A stretch of DNA of 64,000 nt. Source: Planctomycetota bacterium (GTDB taxonomy: Bacteria; Planctomycetota; UBA1135; UBA2386). A program made the translations under genes and the position numbers. A model generated the notes under the pieces. The model saw only the letters and a program-made list of their open reading frames with translations, did no database searches and had not been told where the DNA came from. The DNA is taken from assembly GCA_020638695.1 (NCBI GenBank), contig JACKIB010000004.1, positions 136,631 through 200,630 of the forward strand. The letters are read 5' to 3'. Shown piece by piece: positions 7,615-17,076 of this stretch; position 1 is the first letter of the stretch, and each line of letters begins with the position of its first letter.

Positions 7615-9444
7615 TCAGCCTCGGCTCAAGAACCAGCTCAGCTTGAGGATGTCGTTGTAGGTGACGTACAGCAGCAGCGCGAGCACGAACACCATGCCGA
7701 GAATCTGGCTGTAGCTGTGCACCCGCGCGCTGACCGGCGATCCCTTGATCCGCTCGATCAGCAGGAACATCAGGTGGCCGCCGTCGAGCACCGGGATCGG
7801 TAGGACGTTGATCACCGCCAAGTTGATGCTGAGCACCGCCAAGAAGTACAGCAGTCGCGACAGGCCTTCCTGCGCGTTCATGTAGCTGACCCGGGCGATC
7901 GTGATGATGCCGCCGAGGTTGCTGGTCGACACTTCGCCGGTGAACAGCTTGCGCAGTGTCACGTACACTTGCTTGATCATGTCGACCGAGGCGACGAGTC
8001 CGGCCTTGATCGACGCTCCCAACCCTTCGACGCGGTACGCTTCGCGCAAGTCGCGCACCTGGATGCGGAACCCCAGTGTCGGTTCGCGGCGGGGCTCGAT
8101 GGTGACCGAGAACGGGCCGCTGTCGCGCACCAGCGCGAGCACCAACGGTTTGCCTGCCGCCCCTTCCACCGTCTCGATCACCTGTTCCCACTTGGTGACC
8201 GGCTTGCCACCGATCGCGCGCAGTAGATCGCCGCGACGGACTCCGGCGGCGGCGGCGGCCGATGCAGGCATCGGGCGCAGCAGGAGATCGGCGGGGTCGG
8301 CGACCAACGCGATGTCCTTGGCCAGCGCTGCGCGGTCAGCGGACGGCACTTCCGCAGTCAGCTCGACCGGCTGCTTGGCGTCGGTGCGCTGCACTACCAG
8401 CTGCACGGTCTTGCCGGACTCCTGGAACTTCAGGTCCCCGCCGCGGAACGGTTGCCCGTCGACGAACAGCACCCGATCACCACGCCGTAGCTGCAGCGCG
8501 CGGGTCGCCGGGGTATCGCGGAAGCCCTGCACGGTGCGCTGGCTGAGGTAGATCCCGAGCTTGGGTGTCGCGCGCTTGTCCGGCTCGGCCTGAAAGCTGA
8601 ACTCCTGCGGCTTGGCGCTGTCGCCACCGCGCCGCACCATCACCTTGACCGGCCGCTTGCCGGCGCGCGGCTCCTGCTCTTCCCAGGTGGTGAGCACGGT
8701 GTCGAACTCGCGGTGCGACGGCACGTGCTTGCCCTCGAGCATCACCAACTCGTCGCCGGTGCGCAGACCGGCGGCGAATGCCGGTGTCCCCTCGGGGACT
8801 TCGATCCGCACCGGACCCGGCTCCAGCGCGTTGCGCACCTCGAGGGTGCGGATCCCCATCGCCTTGTCGTAGCGCGGATGCGCCACGCATTCGCGATCTG
8901 CCCCGTCCCGCTGGTACTGCACCTTCACCCCGCGCAGCGAGCTGGCCAGGGCGACCTCGACGGTGATGTTGTTGAACGAGTAGACGTCCTTGCCGTTGAT
9001 CGACCGGATCCGGTCGCCGTGCTGCAGTCCCGCTTCCCAGGCCGGCCCGCCGGCGGCGACTGCGCCGATCACCGGGGCGTCGAACTGCACCCCGATGCGG
9101 AACACCATCGGGAACACCACGAGCGCGAACAGCACGTTCATGATCACGCCGCCGGAGTAGAAGAACGCGCGTGCGAACAGGCTCTTGCTCACCAGGTCGC
9201 CAGTGCGTGCCTGTACACGGGCGGCCGCGGTGGGGTCCTCGCCCGCCACCTGCACGAACCCCCCCAGCGGTAGCGCGGAGATCCGGTAGTCCGTGCCACC
9301 GCGGACGAAGCCCCACAGCCGGGGGCCGAAGCCGAGCGAGAACACGTGGACGCGGATCCCGGCCAGGCGGGCGCACAAGTAGTGGCCCAGCTCGTGGACG
9401 AAGATCAGCAGGCTGATGCCGATGATGGTCAGGAGGATGGCCAT
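7615..9444 (-). CDS. rseP: Site-2 protease RseP (M50 zinc metalloprotease) with four PDZ-like modules
   Basis: HELGHYLCARL (HExxH) lies in the first TM helix. There are four G(L/V)xxGD PDZ signatures (GLQHGDRI, GLRTGDEL, QLRRGDRV, GVRRGDLL). The C-terminal segment NLAVINVLPIPVLDGGH is typical of the M50 family. Confidence 0.9.
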   Translation of the reverse strand: MAILLTIIGISLLIFVHELGHYLCARLAGIRVHVFSLGFGPRLWGFVRGGTDYRISALPLGGFVQVAGEDPTAAARVQARTGDLVSKSLFARAFFYSGGVIMNVLFALVVFPMVFRIGVQFDAPVIGAVAAGGPAWEAGLQHGDRIRSINGKDVYSFNNITVEVALASSLRGVKVQYQRDGADRECVAHPRYDKAMGIRTLEVRNALEPGPVRIEVPEGTPAFAAGLRTGDELVMLEGKHVPSHREFDTVLTTWEEQEPRAGKRPVKVMVRRGGDSAKPQEFSFQAEPDKRATPKLGIYLSQRTVQGFRDTPATRALQLRRGDRVLFVDGQPFRGGDLKFQESGKTVQLVVQRTDAKQPVELTAEVPSADRAALAKDIALVADPADLLLRPMPASAAAAAGVRRGDLLRAIGGKPVTKWEQVIETVEGAAGKPLVLALVRDSGPFSVTIEPRREPTLGFRIQVRDLREAYRVEGLGASIKAGLVASVDMIKQVYVTLRKLFTGEVSTSNLGGIITIARVSYMNAQEGLSRLLYFLAVLSINLAVINVLPIPVLDGGHLMFLLIERIKGSPVSARVHSYSQILGMVFVLALLLYVTYNDILKLSWFLSRG

Positions 9445-9614
9445 GGGCTCGGGCTTGCGGGGGGCGGGGTCTGGACGCGCCGGCGGGGGCAGGGGCAGTG
9501 CGCCACTCTACGGCGAACCCTCGCAGACGCCGGCGAGAAAGCGCGGACCGATCGGAGTGATCATCGGCGGAATCGACGCGGCACCTGACTCGGCGGCAGC
9601 GGACTCCGGTCGCG

Positions 9615-10775
9615 TCACGCCTGCGCGTCGGCCAGCCGCTGCGCTGCATCGCGCGCCGCGCGGTCGGCGGCGTGCACCGACTCCAAGTCCCGAACGGTCT
9701 GCGGGCGATGCTCGCGCACCACTTCCGCCACGACGTCCGTGATCGCCGGGAACGGCACCGCGCCGGCCAGGAATCGAGCAGTCATCACTTCGTCCGCGGC
9801 GTTGAGGACCGCCCCCGCGGTGCCGCCGCGCGCCAGCGTCTCGTAGGCCAGCGGCAGGGAGGGAAACCGCCGCGGGTCCGGTCGCTCGAAGGTCAGCTGG
9901 GCGAAGCGGACCGGGTCGAACGGGGCGAACTCGAACGGGGTTCGCTCGGGATAGGTCAGGCAGTAGAGGATCGGCACCCGCATGTCGGGTACGCCGAGCT
10001 GTGCCAGAATGTTGCCGTCGACGAACTCGACCATCGAGTGCACGATGCTCTGCGGATGGATCAGGACCTCGATCTGCTCTGCGGCGAGGCCGAACAGCCA
10101 GTGGGCCTCGAGCACTTCGAAGGCCTTGTTCATCATGGTCGCCGAGCCGATCGTGATGCGCGGCCCCATGTCCCAAGTCGGGTGGCGCAACGCTTGCTCC
10201 GGGGTGATGTCGGCGAACTGGTCGAGCGGGCGGGTCCGGAACGGTCCACCCGACCCGGTGAGGTAGATCTTCCGCACCCGCTCCGGTGCCTCGCGGTGTA
10301 AGCACTGGAAGATCGCGCAGTGCTCCGAGTCGACCGGCAGGATCGCCGCGCCGGTGTCCCGCGAGAGCTCCATCAGGTACGGCCCCGCCATCACCAGCGA
10401 CTCCTTGTTGGCCAGCGCCAGCGGCAGTCCGCGGCGCAGCGTCCACTCCGAGGCCGGCAGGCCCGCGGCGCCGGTGATCGCGTTCAGCACCAGGTCCGGG
10501 CGGCTGGCTTCCAGCGCCGCGACGATGCCCTCGGGCCCCGACTCGTAGCCGACGCCGGGCGGCAGGTCGGGGGGGCGGTCGGCGCCGCTGCTGAGGCAGA
10601 CCACCTCGGGGCCGAACCGCGCGGCCTGGGCGCACAGCGAATCGGCGGCGGAATGCGCGCTGAGCAGCACCGCCGCCAGTCGGTCGCGACGCTCGTCGAT
10701 CAGCCGCAGGGCGCTCTGGCCGACCGAACCCGTGCTGCCGAGGACCGCGATGCGCTTCATGTGGACGCGGCCCAC
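9615..10775 (-). CDS. dxr: 1-deoxy-D-xylulose-5-phosphate reductoisomerase
   Basis: N-terminal MKRIAVLGSTGSVGQSAL NADPH motif, LANKESLV, and DSEHCAIFQCL. 386 aa, with the classical dxr-rseP gene order. Confidence 0.93.
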   Translation of the reverse strand: MGRVHMKRIAVLGSTGSVGQSALRLIDERRDRLAAVLLSAHSAADSLCAQAARFGPEVVCLSSGADRPPDLPPGVGYESGPEGIVAALEASRPDLVLNAITGAAGLPASEWTLRRGLPLALANKESLVMAGPYLMELSRDTGAAILPVDSEHCAIFQCLHREAPERVRKIYLTGSGGPFRTRPLDQFADITPEQALRHPTWDMGPRITIGSATMMNKAFEVLEAHWLFGLAAEQIEVLIHPQSIVHSMVEFVDGNILAQLGVPDMRVPILYCLTYPERTPFEFAPFDPVRFAQLTFERPDPRRFPSLPLAYETLARGGTAGAVLNAADEVMTARFLAGAVPFPAITDVVAEVVREHRPQTVRDLESVHAADRAARDAAQRLADAQA

Positions 10776-10789
10776 GATAGATTGGGGCG

Positions 10790-11326
10790 GTGGCCGGATC
10801 CATGGGACCCTCGCAGTCCGCCGCGTTCTGTCTGCAATGCGGCGCGGTGCTGGAGCTGCGGCACCTGTTCGGCAGGTCGCGGCCGGCGTGCACGCGGTGC
10901 GACTTCATCGCCTTCGAAGCCACGCCGACCGCCGCGGGTGCGGTGGTGGTGCGTGGCCGCGAGGTGCTGCTGATTCAGCGCCGCATCGATCCGGGCCGCG
11001 GTCGCTGGGGTTTCCCGGCCGGATTCCAAGACTACGGCGAGACTCCGGAGGACTCGGCGCGCCGTGAAGTTCGCGAGGAGACCGGCCTGGAGGTGCGCAT
11101 CGAGCGTCTGCTGGCGGTCGAGCTGTCGCGCGACAACCCGCGCAAGCTCGTCAACCTGGTGATCTACTTGGCCCGCGAGGTTGCCGGCGAGCTGCGGGCC
11201 GCGGATGATGCACTGCAGGCGCGTTTCTTCCCCCTCGAGGCGTTGCCCGAGGAACTCGCCTTCGACAACAACCGCCGGCTGCTGCAACAGCTGCGCGACG
11301 AGTTCCCCAGCGGAGACATCTCTTGA
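10790..11326 (+). CDS. NUDIX hydrolase with N-terminal zinc ribbon
   Basis: CLQCG..(x17)..CTRCDF Cys4 ribbon followed by the NUDIX box GFPAGFQDYGETPEDSARREVREETGL. The start may be ATG 10802. The stop overlaps the purM start (TTGA). Confidence 0.8.
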   Translation: MAGSMGPSQSAAFCLQCGAVLELRHLFGRSRPACTRCDFIAFEATPTAAGAVVVRGREVLLIQRRIDPGRGRWGFPAGFQDYGETPEDSARREVREETGLEVRIERLLAVELSRDNPRKLVNLVIYLAREVAGELRAADDALQARFFPLEALPEELAFDNNRRLLQQLRDEFPSGDIS

Positions 11327-12375
11327 CCCAGAAGCCAGCGAGCGGCGACGGCTCGGCGTACCGTGCCGCCGGCGTCGACATCGACGCGAAGTACCGAGCG
11401 GTCGGCGGCAGCGCCGAGGCGATCCGCGGCACCTTCACCCCCGGGGTAGTCGGCGACATCGGCTCGTTCGGCGGCTTGTTCGACATCGGCAGGGCCGGTG
11501 CCGAGGGGCAGCTGCTGGTTGCGTCCACCGACGGCGTGGGAACCAAGGTGAAGGTCGCCCAGCTCGCCGGCGCGGTCGGCAGCGTCGGCGAAGACCTGGT
11601 CAACCACTGTGTGAACGACATTCTGGTGCAGGGCGCCCGGCCGCTGTTCTTCATGGACTACATCGCCATGGGGAAGATGGTCCCCGAACAGGTCCAGGCG
11701 GTGATCGGAGGCCTGGCCAAGGCGTGCCGTGAGAACGGCTGCGCGCTGCTCGGCGGCGAGACCGCGGAGATGCCCGGAGTGTATGTGCCGGGTGAGCTGG
11801 ACGTCGCCGGCACGATCGTCGGTGCGGTGGCGCGGGACAAGGTGCTCGACGGGTCGCGGGTGCGGGTCGGCGATCGCCTGCTGGCGCTGGCCTCCTCCGG
11901 GCTACACACCAACGGGTTCTCGTTGGCGCGCAAGATCGTGTTCGACGACCTCGGTCTGTCGGTCGACGACCGGCCGGACGAACTCGACGGGCAGAGCGTC
12001 GGCGAAGCGCTGCTCGCGGTGCACAAGAGCTACCTGCGGCCGCTGTGGCCGCTGCTCGAGGCACGGCTGATCCACGGCATGGCGCACATCACCGGTGGAG
12101 GTCTGCCCGACAACATCCCCCGGGTGCTGCCCGGGGATGTGGCGGTGCGGATCGACCGCAGTGCGATGCCGCGCCCGCCGGTGTTCGATCTGTTGGTGCG
12201 CGGTGGCCGGGTCGCCGAGGCGGAAGCGTATCGGGTGTTCAACATGGGGTTCGGGATGGTGCTGGCGGTGGCGCCGGCGGCGGTCGAGGAGGTGTCCTCG
12301 GCGCTGATGGCCGCGGGGGAACCGGCGTTCGTGGTCGGCGAAGTTGTTGCCGGCAAGCGCGAGGTGCACCTGTGA
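11323..12375 (+). CDS. purM: Phosphoribosylformylglycinamidine cyclo-ligase (AIR synthetase)
   Basis: AYRAAGVDIDA, STDGVGTKVKVA, DLVNHCVNDILVQGA and GGETAEMPGVY motifs. 350 aa, TTG start. Confidence 0.93.
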   Translation: MTQKPASGDGSAYRAAGVDIDAKYRAVGGSAEAIRGTFTPGVVGDIGSFGGLFDIGRAGAEGQLLVASTDGVGTKVKVAQLAGAVGSVGEDLVNHCVNDILVQGARPLFFMDYIAMGKMVPEQVQAVIGGLAKACRENGCALLGGETAEMPGVYVPGELDVAGTIVGAVARDKVLDGSRVRVGDRLLALASSGLHTNGFSLARKIVFDDLGLSVDDRPDELDGQSVGEALLAVHKSYLRPLWPLLEARLIHGMAHITGGGLPDNIPRVLPGDVAVRIDRSAMPRPPVFDLLVRGGRVAEAEAYRVFNMGFGMVLAVAPAAVEEVSSALMAAGEPAFVVGEVVAGKREVHL

Positions 12376-13277
12376 CCCGGGCGGCGGCGCTGTGCGCGGG
12401 GTGGTGGTTGTCGTGCGTGCTCGTCGCGCCGCTCGCCGCGCAGGAGACGTTCGCCAGCCAGTGCGCGCAGGCGCGTGCGGAGACCGAGCCGGCGCGGCGG
12501 CGGGCCGCATTCGCCGCGGCGCTGGACGCGTTCACCAAGATCCCGTTGGACTCGAAGGCGTACTTCGAGGGCCTGCCCGAGGGTATCGAATGCGCCCGCG
12601 AGGCGGGTGACCACGGCATGGCGGCGCGCCTGCTCGAGGTTCGCTGGCGGCGGGATGGCGGCAGCGCCGCGCTGCTCGGCGCGCGGCTCGAGGCACTGTT
12701 GCGGGCCGGGGACGGGCGCGGCGCGGTGGCGCTGGCGCGCCAGCAGGACGCGAGCTTCCACGGCGCGGTGGTCGCTTTCGGCCGCACCCGGGGCAACTTC
12801 GGACCGCTGATGACCGCTGGTTCGGCGCTGCTCCAGGACGGTGAGTCCACAGCCGGACTGTGGGTGTTCGAGCTCCTGGCAGAGGCCTACCCCGGCGACG
12901 TGAGCGTGCTCGCGAACCTCGCGCTGACCGAACGCTACCTCGGGAGGGTCGAGCGCGCCGAACGCCACTACCGGGACGCGCTGCAGCGCGCTCCGAACAC
13001 GGCGTGGGTGTGGAACCACTTCGGGTTGATGTGCAAGGGCATCGGCAAGTGCGATGCAGCTGCCGACGCGTTGCTGCGTGGGATCGCGGTCGAAACGACG
13101 CAGGAGGAGCCCACCATCGCGATCAACCTCGGGGTGCTGTTCCAGCGCACCGGAAACGCGCGTGGTCGCAACCCGGTTGCCGACCTCGCCGCGCTACTCC
13201 GGCGCACACCCCAGGCCCCGATGGCCCGCCGGCTGCTTCTCGATTGCTGGCACCCGCGCGGTGCCGCCCAGCGCTGA
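12372..13277 (+). CDS. Secreted TPR-repeat protein
   Basis: GTG 12372 overlaps the purM stop (GTGA). Signal-like AALCAGWWLSCVLVAPLAAQE is followed by TPR-like helices (ERHYRDALQRAPNTAWVWNHFGLMCKGIGKCDAA). The listed ORF (12045) extends upstream inside purM and is not credible there. Confidence 0.6.
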   Translation: MTRAAALCAGWWLSCVLVAPLAAQETFASQCAQARAETEPARRRAAFAAALDAFTKIPLDSKAYFEGLPEGIECAREAGDHGMAARLLEVRWRRDGGSAALLGARLEALLRAGDGRGAVALARQQDASFHGAVVAFGRTRGNFGPLMTAGSALLQDGESTAGLWVFELLAEAYPGDVSVLANLALTERYLGRVERAERHYRDALQRAPNTAWVWNHFGLMCKGIGKCDAAADALLRGIAVETTQEEPTIAINLGVLFQRTGNARGRNPVADLAALLRRTPQAPMARRLLLDCWHPRGAAQR

Positions 13278-13470
13278 GCGGGGACACACCCGCCGCGCTG
13301 TGGATCGGAACCTTCGGGTGGCAACATCCCCGGTGGTGGGGGATACTCGCCTCCCGGACCCCTGCCCCTCGGTGTCCGGATCCTCCGCTGCCGGTCCAAC
13401 GCCGGGGGGTCGACCATTCCGGTCCTACCGGGTGGCACCGCCACCGACAACACGACCTACGGAGCAACCC

Positions 13471-14886
13471 ATGGCGATCCTCGCCAGCCTGACCGTCCTG
13501 TCCCTCGTCACCGCCGCGCCGCAGTCCGCCGCGCAGGAACCCGATGCGCGGCTCAAGCCGTCGCTGAGCAAGTTGGAGCTCGAAGACCTCAACAAGAAGA
13601 CGAAGGCCTGGGTCGCGGCGATGCTGCACCTGGAAGAGAAGCACGACACGCGCAACCGCAAGCGGCTCGACCAGGCACGGGAGAAGTTGTTCTCGGTGCT
13701 CGCCAAGAAGGCGAAGGGACAGAAGACCGATCCGGTGCTCAGCCACACCGGCAACGTGCTCGCGATGTTCGACGGCTGCTACGAGTACAAGCGCACGCCT
13801 ACCTCCGGGGAAATCAAGAAGCAGACGGTCCGGAGCACCATGGAGGGCTTCAAGGACCTGTCCTACCACTTCCTCGCGCCCAAGGGCTACGACGCCAACC
13901 AGCCGTACCGCTCGGTGCTGGTGCTGACCGGTTGGGACAGCGCCCGCAGTGCGTGGGCCGAGGCGCGCGGCTACTTGAGCGACATGTGGGCGAAGTCCGA
14001 ATCGGCCGGCGATTCGCTGTTCGTCGTTCCCGACCTGCGCAAGGGCGATGACCTCGAGACGCACCCCGACCTCACGTCGACCGACGGCTTGACGAACGAA
14101 GGCGAGCGCATCGCCGGCGTGCTGCGCCCGTTCGGCGAGCTGCAGCGCAACTTCCACGTCGACCGGCGACGGGTGTTCCTCGACTGCGGGCCCGCTACCT
14201 GTGGCTTCGGTCTGCGGCTGGCGACGTACTTTCCCGGACGGTTCGCCGGTGTGATCCTCCGTCGCCCGGTCGACCCCAAGGACCTGCAGCTCGGTGGCTT
14301 GATGGGGACGCCGATCTGCCTGGTGTCGAACGACAAGACCGCCGCGGTGTGTGACAAGTTGAAGGCGGCGCTCGACAAGCTGAAGGCCGGGTGCACGGTC
14401 GTGTTGAAGGAGGGCGACAAGGCCAATGCCGAGATCGAGAAGTGGATGCGCGGCGTGGTTCGCCCGCTGTTCCCGGGCTCGGTGATCGTCGCCCCCAACC
14501 ACGACAAGTTCCGCCGCGCCTACTGGGTGGAGATCGCCTCCTGCGAGCCGCTCGACGCGGTGGCCGCCCCGGAGAAGCGACCGATGGTTCGGGTGGACGC
14601 CGACTACCAGAAGAACCGCATCCTGGTCGAGTCGCGCAGCGTCTCGGCGATCCGGCTCTACCTCAACGATGCGCTGCTCGACCTCGACAAGGAGTTCACC
14701 GTGGTGGTGAACGGCATCGAGCTCGCGGGCAACAAGGTGCAGCGCTCGCTCGGCACCGTGTGGGAAGCGATGAAGCCGCGGTTCGATCCGACCTTCATCG
14801 CCACGGCTCGCTACGCATTCGAGGTGCCGGTGCCGAAGAGCGACAAGAAGGGTTCGGGCGGTACGGCTTCGGGCTCCGGCAAGTAG
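13471..14886 (+). CDS. Secreted protein of unknown function
   Basis: An in-frame ATG at 13471 gives the signal peptide MAILASLTVLSLVTAAPQSAAQE. The 139 codons upstream in the listed ORF (13054) are Arg/Pro-rich junk overlapping the previous gene. No catalytic motif could be assigned. Confidence 0.6.
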   Translation: MAILASLTVLSLVTAAPQSAAQEPDARLKPSLSKLELEDLNKKTKAWVAAMLHLEEKHDTRNRKRLDQAREKLFSVLAKKAKGQKTDPVLSHTGNVLAMFDGCYEYKRTPTSGEIKKQTVRSTMEGFKDLSYHFLAPKGYDANQPYRSVLVLTGWDSARSAWAEARGYLSDMWAKSESAGDSLFVVPDLRKGDDLETHPDLTSTDGLTNEGERIAGVLRPFGELQRNFHVDRRRVFLDCGPATCGFGLRLATYFPGRFAGVILRRPVDPKDLQLGGLMGTPICLVSNDKTAAVCDKLKAALDKLKAGCTVVLKEGDKANAEIEKWMRGVVRPLFPGSVIVAPNHDKFRRAYWVEIASCEPLDAVAAPEKRPMVRVDADYQKNRILVESRSVSAIRLYLNDALLDLDKEFTVVVNGIELAGNKVQRSLGTVWEAMKPRFDPTFIATARYAFEVPVPKSDKKGSGGTASGSGK

Positions 14887-14933
14887 GCGATGCAGGGTCC
14901 GGCCCGGCGGATACCGCTCGAGTCGAGCATCCG

Positions 14934-16916
14934 ATGACGGCAGTCGAATCCGCCCCCGGGCGTGATGTCCCCATCCCGGTCGCCGCCATGGCGGCGGCTG
15001 CCACCGGGTTCGCCGTCATGTTGTTGGAGCTGACCGCTGTGCGGTTGTTCGCTCCGGTGTTCGGGGACAGCCAGTACGTGTGGACCAACGTGATCGGCGT
15101 GATCCTGCTCGCGCTGGCGCTCGGCGCGTTCCTCGGTGGGCGGTTGGCCGACCGCGGTGTGGGGCGCAAAGGGCTGTCGGGACTGCTCGTGGTCGCTGCC
15201 GGGCTGGTCGGGTTGGTGCCGCTGATCGGCCCGCCGCTCGGTGCGTGGCTCGCTCCTGCGGACCTTCCGCTGGACTCGGCGATGGCCGCCCTGGTGCGCG
15301 GTTCGTTGGTCGCCTCGTCGCTGCTGTTCGCGCTTCCGGTCCTGCTGGTGGCTGCGGTGTCGCCGGTTCTGGTGGTCAATCTGGCGCGCGCCGACGGCAG
15401 GGTAGGGCGGGCCAGCGCGTTGGTGTCCTGGACCGCGACCCTCGGCAGCGTGGTCGGAACGTTCGTCGCGACCCACTGGCTGATTCCCGAGGTTGGAAGC
15501 CGGTGGACGGTGTGGATCGCGGCGGTCTGCTTGGCGGCGGCTGCGCTGCTGTGTCGGTTCGGTGCCGCGGGCTCGGTGGTCGGCGTGCTGCCGTTGGGGT
15601 GGTCGCTGCTCGCCCCCGATCACCTGGAGGCGGCCGGTCCGGGTGAGGTGGTTCGGGCCGAGGTGGAGAGCCCGTACCAGTTCCTGCAGGTGGTCGAGGT
15701 CGCCGACAGCGACCCGCGCCGGACCCTGCTGCGGATCAACGAAGGCCTGGACTCGTTCCACTCGGTTGCGCTCGCGGGCACGCCCTACACCGGTGGCGGC
15801 TACTACGACTACCACGTCGTCGCGCCATACCTCGCCGGCGACGGCGCGGCGCCGCCGCACTTGCGCGTGCTGTCGCTCGGCGACGCGGCCGGCACCTTCG
15901 GGCGGCTGTACGAGCACGTGCATCACCCGAGTTCGATGGACCGGGTGGAACTCGATCCTGCGGTGAGCCGACTCGGCGACGCGTTCTTCCCCGGGAAGCA
16001 GCCCGAGGGCGAACGGTTCGCGCTCGATGCGCGGGTGTTCGTCGACCGCACCCAGCGGACCTACGACGTGGTGCTGTTGGACACCTACAAGCACCAGATC
16101 TACCTGCCGGCACACGTGGCCAGCGCGCAGTTCTTCCGCGGTGTGCGGCGCGTGCTGCGCGAGGGTGGCATCGTGTCGGTCAACGCCGGCGGGGTGCGCT
16201 TCGACGATCCGGTGGTGCGCGTGCTCGGCGACACGATGGCACGAGTGTTCGGCGAGAGCTGGGCGTTCCGCATCCCGAACTCGCGCAACTTCATGCTGGT
16301 GGCGCGGCGCGACAAGCCGCTCGATCCCGGGTGCTTGGCGCGGGTTGCCGCGCCTCCCTCCGATGCCGCGTTGCAGCAGGTGCTGGCGCGGACTTCGGTG
16401 CCCGGCAGCTGGCATGCATTCCCGCAGCGCCCGGGCGCCGAAGTGCTGGACGACGACCGCCCGTTCCTCGACGCCCTGCAGGAACGCGCCTACCGCGGCG
16501 ACGAAGCGTCGCCCGGGCTGTTGGCCATGCACGGTGCGCGGCCGCCCGACGAGATACTCGGAGCGGCCGTCGGACTACTGCAGGCGGGGCGCCTGGAGGA
16601 GTGTCGCGACGTGTTCGCCGGTGCACGCGCCGCGACCGGTCCGCTGCGAGTGCTCGCCGGCGACTGCCGCTGGCGACTCCGTGACGCGCGTGGTGCGGCC
16701 GAGGAATACCGCGAGGCACTGCGGCTCGGCGTCCCTGAAGCGCAGCGCGTGCGAGTGGAGGAGAACCTGAAGTGGTCGAGCGTGGAGGCGGATGGCCGTG
16801 GCCACGCCCGGCGTGTCGGGCGGCGGAACGGGTGGTTGGCCGTGGGGGTGGTGCTGTTGGCGGCCGTCGGGTTCGTGGCCGCGTCCAGAAGCACCGTGGT
16901 CGCTCCGGGTCGATAG
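14934..16916 (+). CDS. Fused polytopic membrane domain / spermidine-synthase-like methyltransferase-fold protein with C-terminal TPR and TM anchor
   Basis: An in-frame ATG at 14934 is followed by about 7 hydrophobic helices. Next come a spermidine-synthase-like core (YDVVLLDTYKHQIYLPAHVASAQFFRGVRRVLREGGIVSVN), TPR-like helices and a terminal TM helix. Confidence 0.7.
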   Translation: MTAVESAPGRDVPIPVAAMAAAATGFAVMLLELTAVRLFAPVFGDSQYVWTNVIGVILLALALGAFLGGRLADRGVGRKGLSGLLVVAAGLVGLVPLIGPPLGAWLAPADLPLDSAMAALVRGSLVASSLLFALPVLLVAAVSPVLVVNLARADGRVGRASALVSWTATLGSVVGTFVATHWLIPEVGSRWTVWIAAVCLAAAALLCRFGAAGSVVGVLPLGWSLLAPDHLEAAGPGEVVRAEVESPYQFLQVVEVADSDPRRTLLRINEGLDSFHSVALAGTPYTGGGYYDYHVVAPYLAGDGAAPPHLRVLSLGDAAGTFGRLYEHVHHPSSMDRVELDPAVSRLGDAFFPGKQPEGERFALDARVFVDRTQRTYDVVLLDTYKHQIYLPAHVASAQFFRGVRRVLREGGIVSVNAGGVRFDDPVVRVLGDTMARVFGESWAFRIPNSRNFMLVARRDKPLDPGCLARVAAPPSDAALQQVLARTSVPGSWHAFPQRPGAEVLDDDRPFLDALQERAYRGDEASPGLLAMHGARPPDEILGAAVGLLQAGRLEECRDVFAGARAATGPLRVLAGDCRWRLRDARGAAEEYREALRLGVPEAQRVRVEENLKWSSVEADGRGHARRVGRRNGWLAVGVVLLAAVGFVAASRSTVVAPGR

Positions 16917-17000
16917 CAAGCGACAGCCAACCAGGCCTGCGATCGTGCGAGAAGGCTGCTGGGCTTCGTCGAGACATCCAGCCTGAAACGGAGAACTGCC

Positions 17001-17025
17001 CCGCCCGGCAGTGATCGCCGGGCGG
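17001..17025 (+). terminator. GC hairpin downstream of the 14934..16916 gene
   Basis: CCGCCCGGC agtgatc GCCGGGCGG: 9-bp perfect stem, 7-nt loop, about 85 nt after the stop. No U-tract. Confidence 0.4.
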
Positions 17026-17035
17026 TCCAGCGGCC

Positions 17036-17063
17036 CCAATCTCGGAGCGGGCCCCGAGATTGG
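17036..17063 (-). terminator. GC hairpin downstream of HEAT paralog 1
   Basis: CCAATCTCGG agcgggcc CCGAGATTGG: 10-bp perfect stem, 14 nt beyond the stop codon at 17077-17079. No U-tract. Confidence 0.4.
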
Positions 17064-17076
17064 ATTGAACCCGCGA

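Noticed and set aside
5420-8191. 923-aa minus-strand ORF spanning several genes and repeats
   Set aside because: The composition is Arg/Gly/Pro/Ala-rich with no motifs. It runs antisense to the 5366..6454 gene and out of frame through the UbiA and rseP genes. This is a typical high-GC shadow ORF.
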